64,000 nucleotides of DNA from Malacoraja senta (lineage: Eukaryota), in assembly GCA_038087875.1 (NCBI GenBank), contig CM075988.1:12526001-12590000 (forward strand), in the 5' to 3' direction. A program made the position numbers and the translations under genes. The notes under the pieces are model-generated. The model saw only the letters and a list, made by a program, of their open reading frames with translations, searched no databases and had not been told where the DNA came from. Of this stretch, positions 48,940 through 61,367 are shown one piece after another. Numbering within the stretch: the stretch's first letter is position 1; every line of letters starts with the position of its first letter.

Positions 48940-50887
48940 CTACCATGAATACACATGGGTGTTCCTACATTGTCACTGGCCTGAGACTGTGAACAACAGC
49001 TTTGTGGTAGAACTATTCAAATTGTAAAAGTAAAGATGGCATCACTGTCTCAAGACTAACTGGAAAAGGCATTGTAAATCTCACCTGCAACCCTAATCAC
49101 AAGGAACAATGCTGCAGAGTTGCATTTAGAAAACATAGAAAATAGGTGCAGGAGTAGGCCATTTGGCCCTTCGCGCAAGCACCGGCATTCAATGTGATCA
49201 TGGCTAATCATCCAAAATCAGTACCCCAGTCCTGCTTTTTTTCCCCATATCCCTTGAATGGAATCATAATATACTGGGTCTAGAACCCATCCAATGTTGG
49301 TCTCTGCACTGGTACTAACAGGAACCATGACATTCTTACTTGCTGCAACTTTACAGGCATGTTAAATGTACAACAAAATAAACAACAATAAACACTACAT
49401 TTTCAGTTTGTAATTCGACCATGATCGTACAAAACTCAAAGTACATACAGCGACTTGGTGCTGATGAAGGATTATGCAGGGTCGTTAAACAACCTGATGA
49501 CTGATGGGAGGAAGCTGTTCTTGAACCTGGTTCTAAGGCTCCTGCAGCATCTTCCTGAGGAAGGGCAGAATGTTATGTGTGTTCGATATTAGCTGCCTTC
49601 TGGAGCCGGCGCTTCCTGCAGATCATTCAAAAATCAGGCCCTGATAATTCATCTGGACGTTGAATGGATGGAAGCACGTGTTTCCAAATTATATTGATGT
49701 TATCAATCATGCCATGTTCCATTGTTCAATTCATCTCTTGATACCATCACCTTTGCAGTAGTCCTATCATGGAGAAAAATGCTGTCGTTCAGGGACCAGA
49801 TATGACTTTCAAGTATTAATGATCTTGGTGGCTGCCCTCACTGACAATGAGTTAAACCTGTTTCCATGACTATCACAGAAGTACCATGAACCATGACTGT
49901 GCGATCTTTGAAATTTTCTGTCAGCAGTATCGGCAGCCAGAAACTCATGTTTATGAAAAAACAAAGATAAATAGAAAAGGATTGAAACAAATGTAAAATT
50001 ATGTACTGTATAATAAGGCAACAGTGTGCTCCTGTGTCAATGAAGAAAGGCGGGCGTTGTGAGTAAATAACATATCCCTCCTGTGGAGAAACCTGAGATT
50101 GGATTTATGTGAGGTGAAACCTTTTGATCTAAATATGTATCACCAACCTTGAGATTACTGCTTCGGAGCAGAATAAATACATGTGTTCAATCAAGGTTAA
50201 CATTTTTCTGTGGACTTGTCAAATATGGAGTTGATTTATCAAATTCTTCTAAAATGTAAACCTTATTCAATTACATTCATATCTACCCTATCATAAATGC
50301 AGGTTGATGGACATTTTAACTGTGGCAATGGAGAGTGAGTGTAAATCAAACAGAATCAGAAGCTTGTATCGAACTGATAAAGACAAAAAATATATTTTTT
50401 AAACAACTTGAGTAAATATTGGAAAAGAGCAGAATTTTATGTTTATTGTAAGCAAACAGCTTGCAATTATATATTTCCATTAATGGAATTGTTGTTACTT
50501 CAACTGGTGACAACAAAGGGAAAGAAAATGATATGGTTTGGAAAAAAAGGCTGTATTTTTTGCACCAAATGATGAAATGTAATTTGGAATTAAATTATTG
50601 CATGTGGCTGGTTAGTTGTGTGATGTCAGTACATTTCTCGATATTCGTTGTAGGTTCATTCAGTATGGTCCATTGTGTGTCACATAACTGACGCCACTTT
50701 CATGAGCTCCCAAGCATCGAATGTAAGCCAGAGGTTTGGCTGCCTAGTTAAATATAGGTTAAAAATCTGTCATAACTTAGGATGCTGCTGGTGATTTCTT
50801 TCAAAGCAGCAGTGTATTTTTTCTTCATAACCTTGGAAATCAGCATCAACTCCTCACCCATTTTCTTGCTGATGTCTTATGCATCTG

Positions 50888-51297
50888 TCATCACCGGCGG
50901 TCACTCGAAACAAGTATGACTGACCTCTCATGGAGACGCCTGTGTGTGACTTTGTTTAACGTGGGGAGACTGGTGCACAGACAGCCACCACACGGTCCTT
51001 GACAGATCTGGGTCAGAATCCAGTGGCATAGAATCCAAGACGACCGGGGACCCTTTTCTGCTGCAGCCTTCATCCGCCTTCCCAGTCGTTGTGATGCTCC
51101 ACTAAAGTGAACCATCATCCTCCGCCTGTTCCACCGTTGAGGTCTTGGTTGGATTGCTCTTTGTCAGAGACCTCCCCCTCGACCTAACCGCCATGGGTGA
51201 CTCTACCAGGAGCACAGCTCCAGACGGCATCACTCTCAGGATCTCAGGACCACACGAGCTTCTCCACCACGACAAGGTGACAATCCACGGAGAAGAA
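50888..51297 (-). mobile_element. Short non-autonomous RTE-derived retroposon
   Basis: Minus strand starts GGATTGTCACCTTGTCGTGGTGGAGAAGCTCGTG...CCTGGTAGAGTCACCCATGGC, like RTE (Expander/BovB-type) 5' UTRs. It ends GAGTGACCGCCGGTGATGA and has no RT ORF. Confidence 0.6.
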
Positions 51298-51384
51298 GAT
51301 CCATATCCGTAGATCTACACTCATTCACGCAAGCAGAGAAGCATTCATCGCACTCCTGATGTGTGGCTTGTTAGTAGGATTGCT

Positions 51385-52055
51385 TAAGTTTGGGCCTATT
51401 CATCTAGTGAAGGCTGGCTGTTCCCGTTGGAAATATGACTTGCATCCTTATGAAATTGGATCTACTGGATTAAATCATGAGATTTGCAACCCCATCTCCT
51501 CAGCGAGCATGCTTGAACAGAACTAAAGTCAAATCTTGGCAAAGGATCTGTCCCCTAGATAATTAATGATGTTTTATCAGGTAGGAAATGTATAAGAGTC
51601 CACTGAGGTTGCAGATTGGAAAATATATTTCTCAAAGTGGGGTTTTGTAAACTTAGAAATGTGATAACTTGTAAAATATAACATCAATCTGAACGAAACT
51701 TGATACACTACACCACAGGACAATGGTGAGTAAGGTGGTGCAAATATTGTAGTGCTATCCTGTACCATTTAGGCGTAGTTCAGGTCATGAATCTGAATGG
51801 CAAACAAGCACGCAAACAAAGAAAACGCACGTTCATTCACAGACAAGATGAAAGTTTTAGTAATATTTTGATAGATACCAGCATTCACACTGTTGAATGT
51901 GTATAAGGCAACATGGAACTGAGAGTTAACACAGAGTTGGTAAGTCTGGGCCAATTCATCTGGTAGAGGCTGGCTATTCCCTATGGAATTGCTGGCTGCA
52001 TCCTTATGAAATTGGGTCCAGTGGATTAAACCAAGAGATTTGCTATTTCATCTCC
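51385..52055. repeat. Diverged 115-bp direct repeat pair (51385-51499, 51941-52055)
   Basis: Ungapped alignment with 24 differences in 114 nt and an identical core TGCATCCTTATGAAATTGG. Confidence 0.85.
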
Positions 52056-52819
52056 ACTTGTATTTGAGGACTGTTGGAGAGGGAAGTGTTCAAATAAAGG
52101 GGGCATTTTAAGAAGACAGCATTTCTGAACACTGGAATGTTATCAAAGAAAAGATGAACATTTGCACTTCAGTCAAATCTTTAGCCAAGAAACATGATTT
52201 AATGTTAAAAAGTTATATTGAGAAGGACTCGGGGAAGAGATTGTGAATCGCTAGAGATGAAGATTGGGATAAGGCTCTTAGTAGTCCCTAGGCATTTCTG
52301 TATCAATGTAAGGTAGGTTAAAATCCAGTCAAAATCATGCGGATGCATCCTAGTTTTTAACTGAGATTTCATGCAAAAGTGTTTTTATTTTCTCTCTCTG
52401 CAGGGGCAAGACCAGGCACAGTATTTTTTATTATGCTTGTTGTCTTGAGGAAAGGTGAAGAGTAAATGTAAAAGAGTTGTTAATTACCAACCTTGCAAAT
52501 GTGGTAATACTGTAATTGGTCAAACCACAGTTTAAATATTATGACCGGTTGGTGTCAAATCCAAGGTGAGAATACAGAAGAGATTCACCCTGTTAATAAC
52601 AGGAAGGTGCTAATTAAACCGAGTTACCAGATCAATGGAAATTGTTTTCATTTGACCAAAGGAGGTTATGAGGCAACCTGTAGTATAGAAAAAAAAAGAA
52701 TATTTCTGATGAGTTCAGAGAGAAAATGAAAAATTTAAAAATCCACTTTGTTGCATGTTTGTAATTTGAAATCTTGAATTAAAGATCAAATACTAGAGAG
52801 CACTTTGGGTTCTCAATAT

Positions 52820-53105
52820 GCACAATTGTGCAGTAGTAGAGATGCTGCTTTACAGCCCCAGAAACTTGGGTTTAATCCTAATTCCAGGTGCTGTCTGTAT
52901 GAAGTTTGTGCATTCTCCCTGTGACCATGTGGGTTTTCTCCGGGTGCTCCGGTTTCCTCTCACATTCCAAAGACGTACAGGTTTGTAGGCTTCTGTAAAT
53001 TGTCCCTCATGTGTAGGACAGAACTAGTGTGTGGGTGATCACTGGTTGGAGCAGACCCAGTGGGTCGAAGGGTCTGTTTCCATGCTGAATCTCCAAAGAA
53101 AACTA
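52820..53105 (+). mobile_element. HE1-type V-SINE
   Basis: V-domain and tail. Confidence 0.85.
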
Positions 53106-53384
53106 AATGACTAAAGGGAAAAGGTAAACATTTATATTTTGGCATGAAATCCTGATTGTGTGCAATGTTCGAACATGATCACGGTGACAAAGACATGATA
53201 ATAGTAATGCTTCTTCCATACAGCAGAGATTCTTAGACTTTGGGGCATGGGATTAATGCAGCAATGTTATACGAGAGTAAATCATCAGCCATGGTCTTTT
53301 GTCAAGGAAAGCATGAAAGCCTGAATAGCCTATTCCTGCTTCTCTCACCTTTTTCCTTCCTTTCTTTTTAAAAATGTTTGTGAT

Positions 53385-53692
53385 TCATTGATTGAAAGAT
53401 ACAGCATGGAAACAGCGTCCATGCTGACCATCGATCACCTGCTCACACTAGCTCTATGTTATCCCACTCTCTCGTTCACTCCCAATACACTAGGGGCAAT
53501 TTACAGAGGTCAATTAACCTGCAAACATGCATGTCTTTGGGATGTGGGAGGACACAGGAGCTCCCGAAGGAAACCCATGTGGTCACAGGGAGAATGGGCA
53601 AAACCCTCACACAGAACACCCAAGGTCGGAATCGAAACCAGTTGTCTGGCACTGTGAAGCAGCATCTCTATCAACTGCATCACTGTGCCACC
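53385..53692 (-). mobile_element. HE1-type V-SINE
   Basis: V-domain, B box and tail on the minus strand. Confidence 0.85.
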
Positions 53693-54745
53693 TGTGTAGA
53701 AAGAAAATAATTTTCCGACAACACAAGTGTGCTGGACGAAATGTCATCATTTTGTGTTATGACTTACAATGAAATTTTGACCTGGAATCGATACTGAAAA
53801 TTTCTTTCATATTTTTAATTCTAGTTCAGTCTGATTGATCATGAGGCTGGCTTGCACAACCCATGGCGGCAGCCTCTTGATACGTTTTCAAATGTTTAGC
53901 CTAAAGCCTTCGTGTGCAATGGACAATATATGTAATACCTTCTAGATAGATTATTCACCCAATTCAGTGTTCATATTTTGAAATATTTGATGTTGTTTTT
54001 TACTCCTTCTGGGGATTCTCTGGCTGTAAATAGATCTATTATCTTTCAACAGAACGTCACAGGCAGAGAGCAAGGTATTCACTGACAGTCCCAAATGAAT
54101 GTGTTTGAGACGATGCAATATTGAATTCACATTGCCACAGTTCAAAGGAAATAGTTTATTCCTTGCCATAAGGCTCCCTTCACTATCTGCATCACAGTCC
54201 AATATTTAGTCCAGGAGATAATGAGCCTGCTTACTGAATCTGCCCTATCATTTAGACATTAACAGTCGATGTATGTCTGAGTCTCTGCTGGTTGACTGGA
54301 GTCAGTGTTTACCCAGCGATGGACATTTTATGTTTAATGTTTGCACCTGATGAATATAGCATTAAGATTTAACACCTGAACTCTCTCAGTTGAAGGGCCA
54401 AATTGCTTTTCATTGCTTGTCAGAAAATGTTGATGCTTGACACTGCCTCTCTATTTGTTCACTGATGCACACATTGCAAGTGAAAAACTGTTACAAGTAC
54501 GTGCACGTCGAGAATGCTTTCAGATTTGAACACAAGAATCACAGATTCTCATAAGAAGAGAAGTTCTTGCGCACTGTACCAAAATTAAAATCAAGTCAAG
54601 AGGGTAGGCGGTTTGGGTTTTGTATTCTCTTGAGTGTAAGAGAGTCAGGAGCGACCTTTTTAAAACATTCAAGATCTGAAGCAGGCTTAACAGGATAGAT
54701 GTTGAAGATTTCCCCTACTGATTAAAACATCTCAACATCTATCCT

Positions 54746-54917
54746 GTGTAGGAAGGATCTGCAGATGCTGGTTTACACCAAAGATAGATACATAATGCTG
54801 GAGTAACTCAGCGGGTCAGGCAGCATTCCGAGAGAAAAGGAATAGGTGACATCTCGGGTTGAGGCCCTTCCTCAGGGTCTCGACCTGAATTGTCACCTCT
54901 TCCTTTTCTCCAGAGAT
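54746..54917. mobile_element. Penelope-like fold-back inside an old plus-strand CR1 fragment (~54590-55230)
   Basis: GTAGGAAGGATCTGCAGATGCTGG... arm with a partial inverted arm. Confidence 0.75.
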
Positions 54918-55249
54918 CAGTTGGAGAATCATAAACAAGGGTCATAGTTACAAAAGGAAGGTCTGGCCATTTGAAACTGAGCCGAGTAGAAATGTCTTAC
55001 ATCAGAGGCAATGAATCTCTGGAATACTTTGATCCTTTGGAGGATGGAAGCAGATCATTAAATGTATTTAGAGAGGAGATGGGTAAACAATTGCAGGATG
55101 AAGGTATTGAGGGTTGTGGCGAATTGGCACAGAAGAGAAGTTGAAGGAGCCTCCATATATCAGTCATGATCATAATAATGTGGCAGGTATGAGACGCCTG
55201 GCAGCCTACTCCTACTCATGTTTTAGTGTTTTTATGAAAAGATGTAGAA

Positions 55250-56790
55250 ACAGAAACATAGAAAATAGGTGCCATAGTAGGATATTCAGCCCTTTTAGCC
55301 AGCACCTCCATTCAATATGATCATGACTGATCATCCTAAATCAGTTCCTACTTTCTCCCCATATCCCTTGATTCCATTAGCTCTGAGAGCTATATCTAAA
55401 GGGCCTGTCCCACTTACGTGTCCTTGGCACGCAAATTACCTCGTGGTCGCGTTGAGCCGCGATGGTCCGGCGAAGGTCGGGCACGATTACATGCGTACGC
55501 ACAGCCGTCTGGAGCGCATGACATCATTTGAAGATGGACACAAAGCTGGGGTAACTCAGAAGCAATGGGTGATGTTTCATGTCGAGACTCTTCTTCAGTC
55601 TGAAAAGAAGGGTCTTGACCCGAAACGTCATCCATTCCTTCTCTCCCGAGATGCTGCCGGTCCCGCTGAGTTACTCCAGCATTTTGTGTCTATCTTCAAT
55701 TTTCTTGGCCCCGCTCTGGGAGTAGGAGTGGGGGCGGATCCGGACCACAACGACCGTGAGCCCCAGGCCGAGTTCGACGATCGTTTGCCTGGTTCTGCTG
55801 CTGTTGGAGGTGAGATGTTGCTTCGCGCCAGGGTCTTGGGCCTGTCCCACTTTGGCTGTCAGTTCCGCGACAGGCCGTTGGCGCGCGAAGATTTTGTTCA
55901 CTACAAAAATTTCGGAGCCCCGCACGATGTCGCGCACAACTACGTACCCCTCCACGCTTCTAAGTGGGACCGGCCCCACGCGGCCATATAACGCCCGTGC
56001 GCCTCAACGCGACCACGAGGTCGCGTAATTTGCGTGCCAAGGACACGTAAGTGGGACAGGCCCTTAACTCTCTCTTGAAAACATCCAGTGAATTGGCCTC
56101 CACTGCCTTCTGTGACAGAGAATTGAACAGTTCACAACTCTCTAGGTGAAAACGTTTTTTCCTCATCTCAGTCTTAAATGGCCTACCTCCTAATCTTAAA
56201 CTGTGACCCCTGGTTCTGGACTACCCAACATTGGAACATTTTTCCTGCATCTAGCCTGTCCAATCCTTCAGAGTTTTATATGTTTTTCTAAGATACCCTC
56301 TCATCCTTCTAAATTCCAGTCAATATAAGCCCAGTCAATCCATTCTTTCATCAAATGCCAGTCCCGCAATCCTGGAAATTAACCTGGTGAACCTACGCTG
56401 CACTCCCTCAATAGCAAGAATGTCCTTCCTCAAATTGGGAGACTTAAACTGCACACATACTCCAGGTGTGGTCTCACCAGGCCCTGTACAAATGCATTAG
56501 GACTTCTTTGCTCCTATACACAAATCCTCTCGCTATGAAGGCCAACATGACATTTGCTTTCTTCACTGCCTGCTGTACCTGCATGCTTACTTTCAGTGAC
56601 TGATGCACACCCGAGTCTCGTTGCACCTTCCCTTTTCCTAATCTGACACAATTCAGTTAATAATCTGCCTTCTTGTTCCTGCCACCAAAGTGGATAACTT
56701 CACATCGACCCACATAATGCTGCATCTTCCATGCATCTGCCAGCCACCCAACCTATCCAAGTCACCCTGCAGCCTCATAGCATCCTCCTT
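55250..56790 (-). mobile_element. CR1 LINE 3' fragment (~0.9 kb) interrupted by a MITE
   Basis: MRKKRFHLESCELFNSLSQKAVEANSLDVFKREL and LVRPHLE-type DNA, with a (TTTCTATG)-type tail. Confidence 0.85.
55400..56064. mobile_element. PIF/Harbinger-type MITE (665 bp) containing a Penelope fold-back (55528-55700)
   Basis: 40-bp perfect TIR AGGGCCTGTCCCACTTACGTGTCCTTGGCACGCAAATTAC with direct TAA TSD. The empty site is visible in the CR1 copy at 48039-48060. Confidence 0.93.
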
Positions 56791-58863
56791 CGAGGCCTGG
56801 ACAAGAGTGGCTAATGGTGATGTTGAATGGGGAGCTATGGAAAAGAAAGTGGATTGTATGAGAATAAATTCATCTTTGATGGTTCGGATCTGCTACCTGA
56901 GCATAGCTTTGCCAACGGCTACTAGAGTAATGACCAATGCTGTCTCCTCCTCATTTCCTCCCTGCTGGCTCTGGCTACCCTGTGCAGTACCTTGGTTGAA
57001 ATCAATGTTAGTAAATGCTGTGCATTCTCATACATGATGCACCTGAAGTTGTGTTCTTCATGAAGACTTGAGCTGTTGGCATCATGTTCGACACAGACAT
57101 TGTGGGCTTTGGGCCTGTTCCTGTGCTCTACCAGTCTATGTTCGATGTTTTATTTTCTGAGTTTTTGAAGATTTCATATTGTGAATGGAACTATAAATCT
57201 TGCAACAACTCTAAGCAAGTATGAAGATTAGGTGCGAGTTTTATTTGAAAAATAATACGTTGCTAATTGGTGGGACATGGTGAGTTGAGTGATGTTTTAG
57301 ATTGTGGAAGGGATATCACATGTGAAGATGTATTCATTGAACATTCATTGTTGAACATGATTTCATATCTGGCGGGATCATATCCAGGAACCTCAAGAGT
57401 GTTTTATTGTCAGATGTACTGAAATAGAACCATTTAATTCTTACTTTTAGCAGCAACATAAGTGGTTTGTAAATACAGTATTCAATAGTTTATATAATTA
57501 ACAGACAAACACCAAAAAAATAAGTTAAATAAAATTAAAAATATATACATACAAATGTAAAAACAACCAAAGCCTAAAATCCCTCCTGCAACTTGAGCAC
57601 TTCGTAGTTCGGGGTTCAGTTGGAGCTTGTCACGTTCAATAGCCTGAGAATACTAAACTATACCCGAGACTAGAGTCTGGGAGAATTTGTATGAAGTCCG
57701 ATTTTCCTAAGTCACGTCTTCCATAACGTGACGATCTTTACAGATACTGTAATTCACTGGAATCTAAATAGCTCACAACAGTGACGGAGAAACTACCAGT
57801 TTGGCGTAAAAACTCAAGTAGTTCACTAATTCCTTCAGGGAAGGTAATCTATCAGCCTTGCACTGTATGACTTCTGACTCGCAATGATGATTGACTCACA
57901 AATAGATTAGGTAGCAATCAGGGATGAATAAATAAAATAAGAGAACGACTCGCTCTTTCCTCTTGTAAGTGTCATGCTTGAGAATTTCCCATATTCACTG
58001 CTTTTACAGTTGCCATACTTTCTCCAGCCACAGTGCATGCACCTGCTTCTTAAGAGACGCAGTCCAGTATACTCTGAAGACAGCTATCCACTCGTGACAT
58101 TGGCCCCCTGCTGATCATTCCAGTCACTGAACACGATGCTTCACATTGGCTGGACGCAGAAGTCGTTCAAATGAGCAGGCAATGCTCAGTTAACAGGGTG
58201 CCGGCTTTGAGTAAATGGTTGTGGGTTAATCCCCCATTGCTTTGCACTGTAAAAGCAATTGGATTGAGCCTTCAAGTTTCCTCAATTGCAAGTAGAGTGC
58301 AATGACCAATAAAATTCAGCAAAATGTCACCCTCATTTCAAGTAAAATATGGTGTATCCATAATCAGCCCCTGAATGTAAACTGAATGAAATGTGAACAT
58401 TCCTGAATGAACATTGTGCTTGTTCCTTTAACTTTCATGATGGGTTTTCTATTCAATTTTTAAAAAATGGAAGTATGTTGGTTATACAGATTAAAATGTA
58501 CAGATTTAATGAGTTCACATTCAGCACTGGTTCTTTAGTTATTTAATTTTTAGAAGCCGGGTATGGATCATATCAGCAATAGTGGTTGATCTACAGCCAG
58601 GTATTGTCACCTCTCGAAGTTGATGTATTTCATATAAAGTGAATAAAAGATTTTTGAAATTGATGGAAAATGCTGCTGCAATGTCCCTGCAGTTTGCACA
58701 AAAACTGTCTTGCTTTGCTAACTTGACCATGTATAAAACATCACACATCATGCCCCTGTATGCTCCTTTTGATTTGGTTCTTAAGGCTTCCATTTGTTCT
58801 AAGATGACTGCTCCATTGCCACCAGACATCTGTTATGAGCCTCATTATGCCTGATCATGCTTA

Positions 58864-59300
58864 TCTCTCTCTCTCTCTCCTCTCTCTCTCTCCCTCCCTC
58901 TCTCCTCCCCTCTCTCCCTCTCTCTCCTCTCTCCCTCTCCTCTCCCCTCTCTCTCTCTCTCCCTCTCTCTCCCTCTCTCTCCCTCTCTCTCCCTCTCTCT
59001 CCCTCTCTCTCTCTCTCTCCCTCTCTCTCCCTCTCTATCCCTCTCTCTCCTTCTCTCTCCCTCTCTCTCCCTCTCTCTCCCCTCTCTCCCCTCTCTCCCC
59101 CTCTCTCCCTCTCTCTCCCCCTCTCTCCCCCTCTCTCCCCTCTCCCTCTCCCTCTCCCTCTCTTTTCTCTCTCTCTCCCCTCCCTCTCCCTCTCTTTTCT
59201 CTCTCTCCCTCTCTTTTCTCTCTCTCCCCTCTTTTCTCTCTCCCTCTCTGCCCCCATCTCTCTCTCTCCCTCTCTCACTCCCTCTCTCCCTCTCTCCCCT
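58864..59300. repeat. CT-rich microsatellite / polypyrimidine tract
   Basis: About 440 bp of (CT)n and CCCTCTCTCT units. Confidence 0.97.
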
Positions 59301-60443
59301 TTATTTTGCATAGATCCGTGTTTCTCATCGAGAGCAAGAGCAACTGAAGGGCAATCTCTCCCGTTCCTTTAATCCTCCTTATCTCTCCCTGACCTGCATC
59401 TGAGAGCATGATGGATGCTTTCATTTGTCCTTTCTCCACTCTGTCATTCTTTAAACGACTTGATTTCCCTGGAACGGATTTTTTCCTGTTTTTTTTTCAA
59501 GCGGTTCAATCATGTGTCAGTGGTTTATCTCCATGCCAGACTTGTAGGAAACCCATAAAGTGAAAGAAGAATGAGTGCTTCCTTGATGCTGAGCTGCTCA
59601 TGTGTGCTTATGTCCCCAGCACTCTAATTTGTCCAAGCAAATTAATGGACCCTGCTGCCACAAGGTTAATTTTTAATCTTCTTATCAGGAATTGCAACAT
59701 ATGATGATTAAGTGGTTTCATTTTTTTTCTTTTCTCGAGGAAGTCTACAACCCTTGTGAGATTTTGTGTGGAATCGACTTTGATTGAAATCTGGTGTATA
59801 TCTGATGTCGTTCAAATTTATTGAGAGTATCCGTTTTAGACTCAGATTGTCATCAAAGACACATGTCAAATTATGGGGCTCATTGACATTCGGTTTCTCC
59901 CACACATGAAATATTCAGCCAGACACAATTAATTTGTGGCAGGAATGGGTTCAGAGACTGTCAAGTCATGGATGTGTCAAGCACAGCAGAAGGAGACATT
60001 GCCTCCATGTTTAATCTTTAAAACAATATATTTTTGAAAAGGCTGAAGGAATATATTTATTGTCTTTATCCGGTTCTCTGACTGACTCTTTCATGGTTGC
60101 CATCTTGCCCATCTCATGAGCTGGTGTCATTTTGAGAAATATGATGTTTAAAATTTTCAGCTGCCTGTTGCCTGCAGGATGTATTTTCAAACTAGGACAG
60201 AGTTTTTGCTGTCACCAATTGGCTGCTGTTTCTTCCAGCATACTTCAATGTGTAGTCTTTCACTGGGAGACCAGTACAGCCTAATGCCATGCCAGATATC
60301 CAATTCCACAGCTGATAGGTTTGGACTAGGCACTCCACTAGGGTGGCTTGGACAACAGATGAGGTTCCATCGAACTCACCAACTGCAGAAGTGTTTGATA
60401 TACCAAAAAACCCACCTGTCATCTATCAAAAACTCTTTTAACA

Positions 60444-60652
60444 CTGTGTGGGAAGAAACTGCAGATGCTGGTTGAAACCAAAGATAGACACAAAAAGCTG
60501 GAGTAACTCAGCGGGACAGGCAGCATCCCTGGAGAGAAGCAATGGGTGATGTTTCGGGTCCGAAGAAGGGTCTCGACCCAAAATGTCACACATTTCTTCT
60601 CTCCAGGGATGCTGCCAGTCCCGCTGAGTTAATCCAGCTTTTTGTGTCTATC
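60444..60652 (-). mobile_element. Penelope-derived fold-back insertion
   Basis: Inverted arms plus an unpaired tail, with 11-bp TSD CTCTTTTAACA. Confidence 0.88.
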
Positions 60653-60669
60653 CTCTTTTAACATTATTT

Positions 60670-61055
60670 AAGTTTAGTGACACAGCATGGAAACAGTCCC
60701 TTCAGTCCATCAAGTCCATGCCAACCATCAATCAACCATTCACACTAGTTCTATGTTAAACTACTTTCTCATCCACTCCCTACACACTTGTGGCAATTTA
60801 TGGAGGCCAATTAACCTACAAACCCACACGTCCTTGAAATGTGGGATGAAACCGGAGTACCCGAAGGAAAAGCACATGGTCACAGGGAGAATGTTCCAAC
60901 ACACAGATAGCACCCAAGGTCAGGATCGAACCTAGACTTGTCCATAAACCTAAACCGAATCAGGGAGAACATGCAAACTCCACACAAACATCACCCCAGG
61001 TCTGTATTGAATCTGGGTCTCTGGTGCTGTGAGATAGCAGTTTAAACCAGCTATG
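60670..61055 (-). mobile_element. V-SINE plus second partial head
   Basis: V-domain and B-box segments on the minus strand. Confidence 0.8.
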
Positions 61056-61367
61056 CTCCTTGTACAAAATTAAAACACACACTACCAATGATTAAATGTA
61101 TTTAAACTAACTGAACTTAATCAAATAAAATGCTGCACTTAATATTGCATCAGCATTTGTTTCTTCCCATTGATTTTAATGGGTGCCTTTTCTTGCTGGT
61201 TCATCCTCAGTGGATGGATTACCCAGCCTGAGACTAGGGAGCTGCAGAGGTTCTTGCTGTCCCATTGCATTCCATGGAGACCAGACCACCAAAACACAAT
61301 AGAGACAGCAGGTGGGAAACTGTGCCTGCTGCCTCAAACCCATACCAGCGTTGAATTTTGGAGCTTC

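Noticed and set aside
50755..50885. Protein-like minus-strand stretch DISKKMGEELMLISKVMKKKYTAALKEIT
   Set aside because: Short, bounded by stops, and with no splice signals or family match I can support.
55317..55991. 224-aa ORF, the longest in the track
   Set aside because: It runs across antisense CR1, MITE and Penelope pieces, so it is a chance chimera with no domain.
58799..59372. Three ~170-aa ORFs (ER-rich / SL-rich)
   Set aside because: They are translations of the CT microsatellite.
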